A stretch of DNA of 64,000 nucleotides from Bacillales bacterium UBA4682 (GCA_002404995.1 DHKY01000014.1:7524-71523), one strand, 5' to 3'; counted from the first letter of the stretch, positions 9,163 to 18,651 are shown. Numbers and translations: made by a program. The notes: generated by a model not told the origin, from the letters alone.

Positions 9163-9325
9163 TCTTCCAAATGTTTGACGAGACTATGTCCGCTTATAAG
9201 GCCAATTATCTGATATACTCATAAGTGCCATCTTCATAACCGGCAACAGGACGTCGGTTGTTGAGTAGTCATTTGAAGGAAAATCACGTATAGAGGCTTC
9301 TTTTTTCCTTTATGGCGCGCTGAAA

Positions 9326-10765
9326 ATGACAATAGGGGGATTTATGGATATTTATGAGAAATATAAGATTCATGTAATTAACGGTAGACGTTACTACGAA
9401 TATAACGTGGATGAAAAGCTCCCCTTCCTAGATAATACGATTCCCTATTATTTCAAATACAATGACATTGAAATCTACGATAACCGATGGATGTTTTTGG
9501 CTTTGAAGCTCGTTCAGGAATTGGATAAACGGAACCCAAAGACGGATGACTACTTATTAGGCATACGATATAGCTGGAGCAAGACTGACGTCTTTTCAAA
9601 AACAAAGAAGACGAATTATCTTCCTTTCAGAGATCTCTATCTAAATACTAACCATACTTCGACACACGCTTTGATGAGCATACAATGTCTTCTTCGTGCC
9701 TATGGTGTCAACCCCTCCGATTGTTTTCTCTTAATCAACCGTCATCCTGTCGCAGAACCGGTAGAGGTTAGAGATTACTTTATTGATCAAGAAAGACGCG
9801 GATTTTCCAAGGCTTTGTTGGCTAGACGTTTCAACTTTGCGAGAATAAGCAAGATTCTGTCCAATTTTGAGGTTATCAATAAGATACTGGCAAAGACAAC
9901 GCCGAGTTTTGACAACTTCTATCTTTTTGATGATTACAATTATTTCACAAACTACAAATGCAAAGTCATTGAAAAGGCTGAGATGGTCTATCAAGACAAG
10001 CCGCAGAATATCGTGCTGATTAAGAAATACCTCGACTATTACGATGATTATCTGAGAAACAAGAAGTTCTTCCAGGAATACGATAGCAAAGCCGTGTCCA
10101 TGGAATTCGAGGAACAGATCAAAAAGGAAATCGAATACCTGTTCTCCTCTTTGAAGTCCACAATCATCACTTCCTCTAAGATTTATTCACGCCTGAAGCT
10201 TTTGTATCCTGAGCAAATGAACCAGATAAAGTTCCTCGGCACCCCAAAGGATCTTTTCGAATTCCTTAAACTGAATTTCAACAACACCTACTATTTTCAG
10301 GAGCCTTATATTTCAAAGACTCCGATTTCGAATCTGACCACAGATGAAATCACCACGAACTATGCCTACTCATTGGATGGGTTCGATATCCGGAAACTCA
10401 ATGATTACGCTGACAAGATGCACATCAAACGCATCTCTAATTATTTGGTTTTCATCATCGATTCCTCTGAGGATTACGTCTTAGTCGGGCAGGGCATAAT
10501 GAAAAAGAAATCCCTACTTGATATTGATGACTCCTATTTATCAGAACTTGGCGATGCGCTTTCCTTCTATATCAATAGCTATGGAACTATCGATAGCCGG
10601 ACATACAAAGGATATTCATCCCTCCCTCAACCAAAGATTAATCAGAAAATGGATAAGAACCTTCTTTTTGGTTTGGCTTTATCGTATCTGAAGGACAAAT
10701 TCGATGTGGAGAGTCTAGGCGGAAAATACAAGGACTTTGAGTATCTAATAAAGGCTAAGAAATAA
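9326..10765 (+). CDS. Hypothetical protein (479 aa) with no recognisable motif, immediately downstream of GmrSD.
   Basis: Long intact ORF, Lys/Tyr/Asp-rich, same strand as GmrSD and 160 bp downstream of it. Confidence 0.5.
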   Translation: MTIGGFMDIYEKYKIHVINGRRYYEYNVDEKLPFLDNTIPYYFKYNDIEIYDNRWMFLALKLVQELDKRNPKTDDYLLGIRYSWSKTDVFSKTKKTNYLPFRDLYLNTNHTSTHALMSIQCLLRAYGVNPSDCFLLINRHPVAEPVEVRDYFIDQERRGFSKALLARRFNFARISKILSNFEVINKILAKTTPSFDNFYLFDDYNYFTNYKCKVIEKAEMVYQDKPQNIVLIKKYLDYYDDYLRNKKFFQEYDSKAVSMEFEEQIKKEIEYLFSSLKSTIITSSKIYSRLKLLYPEQMNQIKFLGTPKDLFEFLKLNFNNTYYFQEPYISKTPISNLTTDEITTNYAYSLDGFDIRKLNDYADKMHIKRISNYLVFIIDSSEDYVLVGQGIMKKKSLLDIDDSYLSELGDALSFYINSYGTIDSRTYKGYSSLPQPKINQKMDKNLLFGLALSYLKDKFDVESLGGKYKDFEYLIKAKK

Positions 10766-10848
10766 TAAATACAAAATATTTGCAAAATATTACGAAACTA
10801 TTGCCATTCATATGGCTGCTTTTGTATAATCTTTTCGGAGGTTGGAGC

Positions 10849-11076
10849 ATGGAAAACAAGAAAGAGAACTTCAAGCGCATCTCCGAAAACCGAGTTTCGA
10901 AGATCTTAGTGCTACTCTCTCAGCTAACCAATTTGAGCAACTCTTCTTATTACGAATACACGGATGAGGACATCGAGAAGATCTTTTCGGCTATCGAAGA
11001 AGAGACAAAAAAATCCAAAGAGCTGTTATTGAAAGGAAAGAACAACAAAAAGCGCCAGAAACGCTTTGAGTTGTAA
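10849..11076 (+). CDS. Small hypothetical protein (75 aa).
   Basis: Start chosen at the ATG preceded by GGAGGTTGGAGC. It is 13 bp upstream of the GHKL gene's RBS. Confidence 0.4.
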   Translation: MENKKENFKRISENRVSKILVLLSQLTNLSNSSYYEYTDEDIEKIFSAIEEETKKSKELLLKGKNNKKRQKRFEL

Positions 11077-11091
11077 GAGGAGGACATTTAT

Positions 11092-11970
11092 ATGGATGGA
11101 TTGAAATGGAGATTCCCTGCCGCTAACCACGGCGAAAAAAAGGGAATCAGTTCAGGGGACGCGGAAGCCTTCCGCAAATTCCCTTACCAGGCCTTTGCGC
11201 GAGAGATTCTTCAGAACTCTATCGACGCGAGAGCTTCCGACGAAGAACCGACACGGGTCGAATTCGCTTCTTTCGAAATAAAGAAGGAAGATCTCCCAGG
11301 ATATGCTGATTTGGAAGCCCAAGTGCGTCGCTGCAAAGAGTTCTATCAATATAAGGAAGAATATAAAGAGGCTTACGACAAGATCCTTTCGGTTTTCGAT
11401 AAGGAAACTATCCAGTGTCTCCGCGTCAGCGACTACAACACCAGTGGTTTAGTCGGCGTCGATTCCAACAGCTTGAAGGGAAACAAATTCAATGCCCTTG
11501 CCAAGGGAACAGGCCTTTCTGAGAAGAATGGCTCCCTGTCCGGCGGTTCAAAAGGCGTTGGAAAGAATGCAGCTTTCCTCATGTCTAAGATCAAAACGGT
11601 GTTCTATTCGACCAATGCTAATCAGGACACGGATGGGAATGCCTCTACTCATTTAGGATACATGGGCGTTTCGAACCTTGTTTCCGGTTGGATTGATGAA
11701 CAGCATAAGAACCCTGGAGATGATTACACTCAGGGAACTGGATACTTTTCCTCAGATGATTCAAATGATGCAATTCCCAGTGTATTGGATTTGGACCCAT
11801 CTTGCCACAGAAGAGAAAACCAAAGCGGAACGGATATTTATATTTTAGGGTTCGAGCCAGAATCGGAATGGAGAAACGAAATCATCTGCAGCATCCTGGA
11901 TTCGTTTATGGCTGCTATTACACGCAATCATCTATTGGTCTCCGTTGATGGCCGAGGGAATACTTCGTCG
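11092..11970 (+). pseudogene. GHKL-superfamily (HATPase_c, Hsp90/MORC/sacsin-like) ATPase, N-terminal part only. The ORF runs out of frame into a Fic C-terminal fragment.
   Basis: N-box EILQNSIDA, G1 box DYNTSGL, G2 box GSKGVGKNAAF. Homologous sequence ends around 11970, where frame +2 begins to encode unrelated Fic sequence. Confidence 0.55.
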
Positions 11971-11974
11971 CCCC

Positions 11975-12391
11975 GTTTTGTATCTGTCGTTGTACCTGAA
12001 AGCAAATCGTGTCGAGTATTACGACAGATTGAGTGAGGTCCGTGCCAAGGGCAACTACGAACAGTGGATCAAATTCTTTTTGCGCGGGATTATCGAAACT
12101 TGCGATGACGGCATCAAAACAATTGGAAAGATAAATTCGCTTGTCCGGTCGGACGAAGAAAAGCTTGCCAAAAAAGCCAAAACGGTTTCAATGGTTTTCG
12201 ATTATATCAAGCAGCATCCGATTATTTCTATCGGTGGAGCCGCAATCGCACTTGGGCTGTCCTACAATGGCGTATCCGGTGCAGTCAAAAAGATGGTTGA
12301 AGCTGGCATACTAAACGAAATCACGGCAAAGACCCGAGACCGGGTTTTCGAGTATTCGGGATATATCGATATCTTAAAATCGGGAACTTAA
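11975..12391 (+). pseudogene. C-terminal fragment of a Fic/DOC-family protein (winged-helix tail). The Fic catalytic core is absent.
   Basis: PVLYLSLYLKANRVEYYDRLSEVRAKGNYEQWIKFFLRGIIE... matches the conserved Fic C-terminal module (PILYLSRYI..NR.EYY..L......W..FFL). No upstream HPFx(D/E)GNGR region is present. Confidence 0.5.
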
Positions 12392-12479
12392 TACGCAGGG
12401 GCAACCATCGTTAACCGTTGACATCTCTCTTCCCTAACCAAGGGAAGAAAAAGTTGCTTCGATTACTCCGGCAATCGGA

Positions 12480-13130
12480 TTCTAGTTATGCTCCATCCTA
12501 TGCCGGAAAAGGACCTGTCCAGCCATCCCTTCTGGATCCCTCGGGACTTCTTCAGAAACCACTTGAAGTCGGAGAACAGATGACGAAGAGCTCAAAGCCT
12601 TCTCTTTCAAGGTCGTTGCTCCTTCGGAGTTCCCTTCCTGCTGTGATTGAAAATCCCTTCGCGTCAGCGCGTTCATGGATGACGGAAGTCCCCCTGACGA
12701 ATCCGGTCCTTCCACGCCTTTCTCAGCGGCTCAGCAGTCGGATGGCCGGTCTTGGCGATGTCCTCCTTCTGCGAGGATATACCAAATTTCTTTCCCTTCT
12801 CCTTCGTCTTTCTGCTCAGTCCTACATATAGGTCCCATCCACCTCTGCCTTTCCCAAGGAGACCGAAAACGTATGTCCACACTTCTTGCAGAGTTGTTTT
12901 CCCTGTCTTTGCCCGTAGCAGACGACCCTGCGCGAATGGCAGTAGGGACACAAATTCGGCTTCCTGCCGTTGACAACAGAAAGGAATCCGTCTCTGGCCT
13001 TCCGCGACTGGTATCTTCCGAGTGCGGAAAAAACGGCGACTATCATATGCGATGCTCCCGAGGGTTCCGGAATTCGAGGAAGCGGGAGTATCGCTAAATA
13101 TCTGCCTCTTCGGATTTCGGAACACTTATA
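12480..13130 (-). mobile_element. Degraded IS1595-family transposase remnant (N-terminal zinc ribbon is intact, the rest is frameshifted). The segment is GC-rich relative to its surroundings.
   Basis: Minus-strand ORF 13046..12822 encodes CPYCHSRRVVCYGQRQGKQLCKKCGHTFSVSLGK, i.e. Zn_Tnp_IS1595 (CPHCGS...C..CG..FSVTSGT). Multiple overlapping short ORFs and a local GC jump. Confidence 0.45.
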
Positions 13131-13254
13131 TTTAGCGAATCCTTTATAGCACAGGAAAGAGATACCAACACTTAACCAGGAATATATTAAAGCATACTAA
13201 AAACCCTCCTTTTTCATGAATTTGAGCAAAAGAAAAGAGCCCATGATTTAAAGC

Positions 13255-13713
13255 GAAGGATAAACCATAGTGTCCCAGTCCTCGGACGCAGTATAATTCC
13301 TGTATTACGTTGCTGTAGTTCCGAGGCCGGCCATGGGCATCGCCCGAAGCAGCACGGAAGAGAACACGGGAAATAAATATGGGTGTGCCATGGCTGCAAG
13401 AGGATATTCTCGGACAAAAGCTGCACGAGCCTGTCCTATACCAAGCTGAAAACCTCGCAGATCAGGATGCCCCCTGTTCATGATCTCGGAAGGGCCGACC
13501 CTAAGATAGGTGCTCACCAAGCGCATGTGTCATCTTCTGCGGAAGGAGTAAAGGCAGAAAATCCGGAAAACCGCCGGGAACAAGGTGATACTCCAACGGA
13601 GAAGTTGGGGACTTGTCGGGACATGCGCTTGATCTACCGATTGATCTTCTTTCCGGTAAAACATTCAGAAAATGGGGAGTATTTGGCCATTAGCAGCACT
13701 ATTGTTTGTCTTC
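13255..13713. mobile_element. MITE-like element C (459 bp) with the same terminal-inverted-repeat family (GAAGGATAAACCATAGTGTCCC ... GCAGCACTATTGTTTGTCTTC).
   Basis: The left ~75 nt are near-identical to element B (CGCAGTATAATTCCTGTATTACGTTGCTGTAGTTCCGAGGCCGGCC). The right ~60 nt are similar to element A's right end. Confidence 0.5.
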
Positions 13714-13852
13714 TAATTGATATTATATGTAAGCATCATTTTATCAGTTGAATAGCTCAACAATCATTCCTTTACAAAAGATAACAGCTAAACTAACATC
13801 AATAATTATGAAGAGAACAAGACAATAGTACCGACACGAAAAAGAAGAAATT

Positions 13853-14121
13853 ATGGCTACAGCAGATCTCACTGTAGAATTGGACGATGACTTAAAGAAA
13901 CGTTCTGAGGCATTATAGGATGAACTTGGGATTGACCTAACCACGGCTATCAATGTTTTCCTCCATAAATCCATAGCTGTAGGTGGTTTTCCCTTCGATG
14001 TAAGAATCGAGGAACCCAACAAGAAGACAACGCTTGCTTTGCACGAGGCAGAGAAATTAGCCAAAGCTCCTGGTATCAAGGACCTTAACGCCGAAGATGC
14101 CTTAAAAAGCCTTAAGAAATA
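13853..14121 (+). pseudogene. RelB/DinJ-family antitoxin gene with an in-frame TAG at codon 22.
   Basis: MATADLTVELDDDLKKRSEAL*DELGIDLTTAINVFLHKSIAVGGFPFDV... is the RHH DinJ signature. TAG is at 13916-13918. There is no toxin ORF downstream. Confidence 0.5.
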
Positions 14122-14239
14122 AACAGGAAGGTTGTATAGATATCTCGTTTCAAAAAGGACTATAAGCGGGGCCATCTCAATATAAACCTTTACATAACGC
14201 CATAAGTCCAAAATAGAATTAATATTGCAAGAAATAAGA

Positions 14240-14377
14240 TAGATGACAAAGGAACACTCTTTCTAGGCTTAAAGGAATTCCTTATCAATCCAGATTCCAT
14301 AAAATCCTAAAAGATCTTTTAAAACCACATTTGTTTTCTAAAACATAAAATTGCAAGAACTTGCAAAAATTTTAGTT
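14240..14377 (+). repeat. 138-bp direct repeat, identical to 15637..15774. It consists of the last ~38 codons of a COG1373 ATPase gene plus ~65 bp of 3' flank, including the palindrome TTGCAAGAACTTGCAA.
   Basis: Exact duplication. A third copy of 'TGCAAGAACTTGCAAAAATTTTAGTTA' at 14413..14441 sits between a TATATAAT box and the RBS of the ATPase gene. Confidence 0.8.
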
Positions 14378-14453
14378 ATAAATCTTTTTTGGCTTCTTCA
14401 AGTTATATAATAAATGTGCAAGAACTTGCAAAAATTTTAGTTAGGAGGCAGAT

Positions 14454-15704
14454 ATGATTGAAAGAAACGAATATCTGAGAAAGCTCATTGACCGAATGGG
14501 AAATGGAAGGATCAAGGTAATCACTGGCATCAGAAGATGCGGTAAATCCTATTTGTTATTTGAAATATTTTATAACTATCTGCTTGAAAACGGGGTTGAT
14601 AAGTCACATATCATCGCTTTACAACTAGATGACAGGCTGAATATCAAATTCCAAAATCCAGAATATTTGTGTCAATATGTTCATAATCAGATTACTGACG
14701 ACGGGAAGTACTATATACTTTTAGATGAAGTGCAATTCGTGGATCATTTTGAAAGGGTTTTGAATTCTTTCCTGCACATCAAAAACGCAGATGTTTATGT
14801 GACTGGAAGCAATGCGAAATTTCTTTCTTCGGACATTATTACTGAATTCAGAGGAAGAGGAGACCAAATTTATTTATCGCCGCTGTCTTTCAAAGAATAT
14901 TATGATTATTGCAAAATAGATTTTGATGATGCGTGGAATGAATATTCCATGTATGGAGGCATGCCTTTTCTTTTGACTTGCAAAACAGACGAACAAAAAG
15001 TTCATTATTTAGAAAACCTTTTCACTGAGACCTACATAAAAGATATTGTCAATCGTCACAATATCCGAGACACCGACGTTTTAGAAGATGTCCTGAATAT
15101 TGTTTCTTCAAGTGTCGGTTCATTGACAAACCCTAATAAGTTATCGAATTCATTCAAATCTATCAAGAGCATCGATGTGGCACCTAACACAATCAAGCAA
15201 TATCTTGATTATTGCATTGACTCCTTTTTGTTGCAAAAAGCATACCGGTACGATGTCAAAGGAAAGAAATACATTGACACGCCTTTAAAATACTATTTCA
15301 CCGATATAGGCTTAAGAAACGCAAGACTAGGATTCAGACAGCAGGAAGAAAACCACATCATGGAAAACATCCTATTTAACGAATTGGTAATCCGTGGATA
15401 TAAAGTAGACGTTGGTGTTGTAACCACCAGTGAAAAGAACCCAAATGGTAACTATGTAAGAAAAAACCGAGAAGTTGATTTTGTCTGTAATCTCGGATAT
15501 GAGAGATACTACATACAATCCGCGTTTGCTCTCGATGATGCAGAAAAGAAAGAGCAAGAAGAAAAATCCTTGCTGAATATCCATGACGGTTTTAAAAAAA
15601 TCATCATTGTAAGAAATAACATCAAGAAATGGATAGATGACAAAGGAACACTCTTTCTAGGCTTAAAGGAATTCCTTATCAATCCAGATTCCATAAAATC
15701 CTAA
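14454..15704 (+). CDS. AAA+ ATPase of the COG1373 / AAA_14-DUF4143 family (P-loop ATPase fused to a C-terminal PD-(D/E)xK-like domain).
   Basis: VITGIRRCGKSYLL Walker A at the N-terminus. C-terminal NREVDFVCNLGYERYYIQSAFAL (E.D..-type nuclease-fold motif). Paralog of 34833..36068. Confidence 0.8.
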   Translation: MIERNEYLRKLIDRMGNGRIKVITGIRRCGKSYLLFEIFYNYLLENGVDKSHIIALQLDDRLNIKFQNPEYLCQYVHNQITDDGKYYILLDEVQFVDHFERVLNSFLHIKNADVYVTGSNAKFLSSDIITEFRGRGDQIYLSPLSFKEYYDYCKIDFDDAWNEYSMYGGMPFLLTCKTDEQKVHYLENLFTETYIKDIVNRHNIRDTDVLEDVLNIVSSSVGSLTNPNKLSNSFKSIKSIDVAPNTIKQYLDYCIDSFLLQKAYRYDVKGKKYIDTPLKYYFTDIGLRNARLGFRQQEENHIMENILFNELVIRGYKVDVGVVTTSEKNPNGNYVRKNREVDFVCNLGYERYYIQSAFALDDAEKKEQEEKSLLNIHDGFKKIIIVRNNIKKWIDDKGTLFLGLKEFLINPDSIKS

Positions 15705-15774
15705 AAGATCTTTTAAAACCACATTTGTTTTCTAAAACATAAAATTGCAAGAACTTGCAAAAATTTTAGTTAGA
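15637..15774 (+). repeat. Downstream copy of the 138-bp direct repeat (3' end of the ATPase gene + flank with the TTGCAAGAACTTGCAA palindrome).
   Basis: Identical to 14240..14377. Confidence 0.8.
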
Positions 15775-15963
15775 ATGCTTGTCCTCAAAGAAAACTGCCG
15801 ATGTTGTCAGAGAGGGAACTGACGCAAATTTCACCAGTCCCTTATCCTGTTATGCGAGGAATGCACTTTAGTCTATTATTTGCACATATAAAGCACACGT
15901 TTAGCTACCTTCATTTCCCTCGAATCGTATAATGAAGTCAGATACAAGTAAGGAGGCATATAT

Positions 15964-16218
15964 ATGGCAAGTGTAAACGTCACAATTCGAATGGATGCGG
16001 ATGACAAGGTCAAGGCGGAGAAGCTCTTCTCCGAACTTGGACTCACAATGAATGATGCCTTCAATATGTTCGCTAAGCAGTCCATCAGAGAGCAGGGCAT
16101 CCCCTTCAAAGTCACAAAGAACACCGGCGTCCAATACATAGACCGAAGCCTTCTCGACAAAATGTTGGAAGAATCCGAAAAGAAGCACCACAAAATCTAT
16201 GAGGAACTAGCCAAATAG
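15964..16218 (+). CDS. RelB/DinJ-family type II antitoxin.
   Basis: MASVNVTIRMDADDKVKAEKLFSELGLTMNDAFNMFAKQSIREQGIPF is the DinJ RHH signature. Confidence 0.7.
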   Translation: MASVNVTIRMDADDKVKAEKLFSELGLTMNDAFNMFAKQSIREQGIPFKVTKNTGVQYIDRSLLDKMLEESEKKHHKIYEELAK

Positions 16219-16224
16219 GCTGTT

Positions 16225-16500
16225 ATTTCTCAAAAGATGACATACTCTTTATCTACTCAAAGCTGAAAGACGATTTCGAGGAAATGATGGAATCCGGGTG
16301 ATGGAATGCTGGACTCTGCGATAAACACGCAACTCCAGACCTTCGATTCTAGGAATCCGGATCCGACCGGCATCGACAAGATTGCAAGATTGTCTTTTGG
16401 ATTAGTCATCCTTTCATAGATGAAAACAAAGGAATCGCTGCTAAGGTCTTGGATATAGGCCTTGATATGAACAGCAGTTTCTTTAAGGCAACAAGCGAAG
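16225..16500 (+). pseudogene. Probable YafQ/RelE-family toxin remnant downstream of dinJ, broken by frameshifts and stops.
   Basis: Fragments SKLKDDFEEMMESG* and WNAGLCDKHATPDLRF* in different frames resemble the YafQ K/D-rich N-terminus and the W.GY.E.HI.PD.L core. No intact ORF. Confidence 0.3.
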
Positions 16501-16898
16501 AGATAATCGAGGAATTCCTCGGTCTGGCCGCTGGGAAAATCGACTATCCTAGTTTTCTTTCCTGGGTCAATTCGAAAATCTGATTTATTGAAGTACTGGG
16601 TTTTCCATACCAGAGGGCTTAAACGCATTCTTTTTATTTCTTGAAGAAGCTTTTTTGTCTGATAACGATACTCGAGTTCCTTCTGGTAGCAGACTCAAGT
16701 CCGATTCGAGTGATTGTTTAGGCTTTTATCTCAAACTTTAAGGGAGAATATAGGAGCGATAGTTTCTGAACTTGTAGGTTGCAACAGCTTCCTAACCTCT
16801 GTATTCTTTCTGTTTCTATTCTAAATACGTATTCGATTTCAAGGTAGAAGCGAAATCTTTTGCTCTTATTTGATTAAAAACAGTTCTTTATCCAATGG

Positions 16899-17489
16899 TT
16901 ATTTTAAAACGGTTAACAAAGTCTCTGTATCAATAACTCGGCTATCATAACAACGAGAGAAGTAATTCAGTCCATCTTCCTGCGTCCCAATCAGGAAAGT
17001 ACCACAGGCATCTGCTGGAACAATGGTCTTATATCCTAAATAATAGGCGCTCGCCAAGGTCTGCAAGACACAGATATTCGTATCCGCACCAAAAGCAATC
17101 AGGGTATCCACACCTAATTCCTTTAATAACAAATCAAGGTCCGTCTGGAAGAATCCGCTATAACGGCGTTTCGGAACAATGTAATCCTTATCCGTCACAT
17201 GGAAAGCAGCTAAGGGCTTAGCCGCCTCAGTCCCTTTGATTCCGTGTTCACCCCAAAGTTCCAATTCTTTGTCTAATCCTTTGATATGAGCATCACAGGA
17301 AAAGATAACTGGTATATCAAGTTCCCGAGCCTTGTTGACAATCTTCACTGCATTATGGACAACACCATCCAACGCTTGGATATTTCCTAAGGAACCCCCT
17401 AATAGATCAATGACTAAGACAGCGCATTTCTTCAAATCAATCTTCTGACTATTCTGCCAAGCAGTGTTCTGATGTTCTGGTAAATACAT
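16899..17489 (-). CDS. Isochorismatase-family (cysteine hydrolase, YcaC/PncA-like) protein.
   Basis: AVLVIDLLGG...PVIFSCDAH...TLIAFGADTNICV are isochorismatase-fold motifs, including the catalytic Cys. Confidence 0.75.
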   Translation of the reverse strand: MYLPEHQNTAWQNSQKIDLKKCAVLVIDLLGGSLGNIQALDGVVHNAVKIVNKARELDIPVIFSCDAHIKGLDKELELWGEHGIKGTEAAKPLAAFHVTDKDYIVPKRRYSGFFQTDLDLLLKELGVDTLIAFGADTNICVLQTLASAYYLGYKTIVPADACGTFLIGTQEDGLNYFSRCYDSRVIDTETLLTVLK

Positions 17490-17835
17490 GTTTATTGAAT
17501 ATCTCTTTCCTTCTAATTATAAGATAAAACACAACCTAGACAGATAAAATCAGCACTATCTTTTTTCTGACTTCCTAAAGATATTTGTTTTTTCAAAAAC
17601 ATTCTTTACCTTAATGAGACTAATAAAGGAGGGTCTTGCTTACGAATTTTAAAATTCATTTTATATTCTACCATCATTTCTAATTCCTGTTTCAATAGAA
17701 GAGAACCAACACATTTTCTTGCTGCCTATAAAGCAGCAGAAAGCATCAAAGAAACCATCTTGTCAGAAATATAAAAAACTGCCTTGGAAGTCTTTCCTTA
17801 TCCAGGCAGTTTTCCTCGTAATATTTAGGTAATCC

Positions 17836-18651
17836 CTACTGCTTCAGTTTCTTTTTCTTTCGGAAGGATACCCTTTGTTTTAAGAGGAACCTAATAAGAA
17901 GGAAAGCAATCGAGGTCCTTACGATCGTAGCACCAGGCTTCAAATCAAGGTGATAAGCAAGAATCAAGCCAATCAGCCTGGATGCAACGGAGAATAGTAC
18001 ACTGAAGATCCTTGTCCACTTATATCCTTTCTTCAACTGCAAAGCAATAGCAGTCGGAAGGACAACCAAGGAAGATACCACCAAGGATCCGACGACTTTG
18101 CTTCCTATTGCAATCGTAAGACTAAGCAGAAGGTCCCTGATGAAAGTAAGAAGATTTGTTTTGACTCCGTCAATCTTCGCCTCATTCTCGTTATAGAGGA
18201 CGGAAAACACCGGATAATAGAAGAGAAGGACAAAAGCCAGGATTACAAAAGCAAGGACAGCAGTGATAATCAGCTGAGTATCTGTGATAGTCAGAATGGA
18301 ACCGAAGAGATAGGCATCGAAGTTATTGGCCTTCGTAAAACTCGATAGAATGCCAGCAAGGCCAATGGAAGCACTCAGTACAATTGCCACACCGATTTCC
18401 GAAAACTTATTGAATTTCTTTCTCAGGATATCAATGAAAAGGAAAGCGATGACACAGGCAATCACACTCCTTAGCCTAGGAGATAGGCCGGCGGCAAGGC
18501 CAATAGCGACACCTGCCAAGGAAGAATGGGCCAGAGCATCTCCAGAAGAGGATAGCCGCCGGAAGACAGCAAAACTACCGACAAGCGGCAAGGCGATACC
18601 AAGCAGGAAACAGATAGCAAAGGCAACCTGCCTGAATTTATAGGTCAACAT
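17836..18651 (-). CDS. znuB: Metal (Zn/Mn) ABC transporter permease, ABC-3/ZnuB-like.
   Basis: Polytopic membrane protein of 271 aa. Operon with ZnuC- and ZnuA-like genes, divergent from a Fur-family regulator. Confidence 0.75.
   Translation of the reverse strand: MLTYKFRQVAFAICFLLGIALPLVGSFAVFRRLSSSGDALAHSSLAGVAIGLAAGLSPRLRSVIACVIAFLFIDILRKKFNKFSEIGVAIVLSASIGLAGILSSFTKANNFDAYLFGSILTITDTQLIITAVLAFVILAFVLLFYYPVFSVLYNENEAKIDGVKTNLLTFIRDLLLSLTIAIGSKVVGSLVVSSLVVLPTAIALQLKKGYKWTRIFSVLFSVASRLIGLILAYHLDLKPGATIVRTSIAFLLIRFLLKQRVSFRKKKKLKQ

Noticed and set aside
12418-13751. Numerous 60-150-aa ORFs on both strands in the GC-rich segment.
   Set aside because: They overlap mutually in all frames, with no RBS and no domain similarity except the single IS1595 zinc ribbon. 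This is typical of GC-rich degraded DNA yielding spurious long ORFs. They are annotated collectively as an IS remnant.
13744-14211. 155-aa ORF on the minus strand.
   Set aside because: It lies exactly antisense to the DinJ-like pseudogene (13853..14121), whose product has clear family similarity. The minus-strand ORF has none.
16257-16628. 123-aa minus-strand ORF downstream of dinJ.
   Set aside because: It has no recognisable domain or RBS. It overlaps the region where plus-strand fragments resemble a decayed YafQ/RelE toxin. It is more likely an artefact, although I cannot fully exclude a real gene.
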